Origin: Pavona decussata
Lineage: Eukaryota
NCBI GenBank assembly: GCA_977016875.1
Contig: CDRNST010000310.1
Location: 1,240,001 to 1,304,000, forward strand
Length of the DNA: 64,000 bases
Direction: 5' to 3'
Part shown: positions 63,263-64,000 of the stretch, piece after piece
How positions within the stretch are numbered: the first letter of the stretch is position 1
Layout: each line of letters opens with the position of its first letter
Translations under genes and position numbers: made by a program
Notes under the pieces: generated by a model
What the model was told of the DNA's origin: nothing
Seen by the model: only the letters and a program-made list of their open reading frames with translations
Database searches by the model: none

Positions 63263-64000
63263 GGCCGGATCGCTCTGTTCAAAGAGTAAATAGTTTTGGT
63301 GATAATCCGGCAGACTTGCTTATTTGAAGTTTGTCAGATTAGGGAGGCTTCTTCGCGGGGGCAGCTCTGCTTAAAAACTAGAACACCGACAAGCATGGAG
63401 ATAGAGATTGTCGGAGGTATATAGAATGGAGAGGAAGAGGAGCTGGCGGCCAACTTCTCCCCAGGACTAGTCAGTTTAGCCTCTACGAAGATAAGCTGGG
63501 GCTACCGGCTGTTTGACTGCCGACAAGACAGCTGCTTTAAAGGAAGCAAGTCCGGAGTTTAATATAAATTTGACTGTAAAGGCTACAGGGAAAATTTTGC
63601 GGAGAAATGCATGGAATAATGGAAACGCATCACAATTCATAGCTTTAACAGATCATATTATGGAAATTTTAGGACATACTGTATTTGCCCCATTTTCAAA
63701 ATGGTGGATCATTGCCTAACTCGTGCCTCATCCAAACTGAAACAGGGCATCAACGGACCCGTCATGTGCATCTGCGACCATTCGGCGCTGTCGATTTTAC
63801 TTTCAACAACGGGGTACCCTTAAAATCTTGATCCAATGGTCACCATGGGTTTGCGTGACGCTTAGTTGCGTTACTTTGTTTCCTATTTTTTACGGTTGTT
63901 TTTCTTCCACACGCAGATGCGCTGTGCTATCCAAAAACTACGGAGATCCTAAGCGCAAATTTTAAAGTAAGAAGATATTTCTTAACGACAAGCCTTTTTC

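Overview
AT-rich eukaryotic genomic DNA. The SINE, MITE and Crypton families look anthozoan (coral-like), which is an inference. The window holds a cluster of nine minus-strand PPP1R3-family genes (glycogen-targeting subunits of protein phosphatase 1), each with an uninterrupted CDS carrying an RVxF motif and a CBM21 domain. One divergent copy lies at 4.3-5.0 kb. A near-identical pair lies 53 kb apart (7.1-7.8 kb and 60.0-60.6 kb) and brackets a ~48 kb tandem array (~9.4-57.3 kb) of six 6.5-9.6 kb units. Of the six array copies, three are intact, one has a stop inserted inside its PP1-docking motif, one has a stop that removes the CBM21, and one has a read-through C-terminal tail. Each unit also carries a CRE+TATA promoter, a tRNA-derived SINE, LINE fragments and a decayed Ser/Thr-rich (mucin-like) coding relic. 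A bipartite hypoxia-response-like element (RCGTG-N8-CACG) recurs upstream of most genes. The first unit is interrupted by a TTAA-flanked Kolobok-like DNA transposon that contains a degenerate Crypton tyrosine-recombinase element and its mini-derivative.
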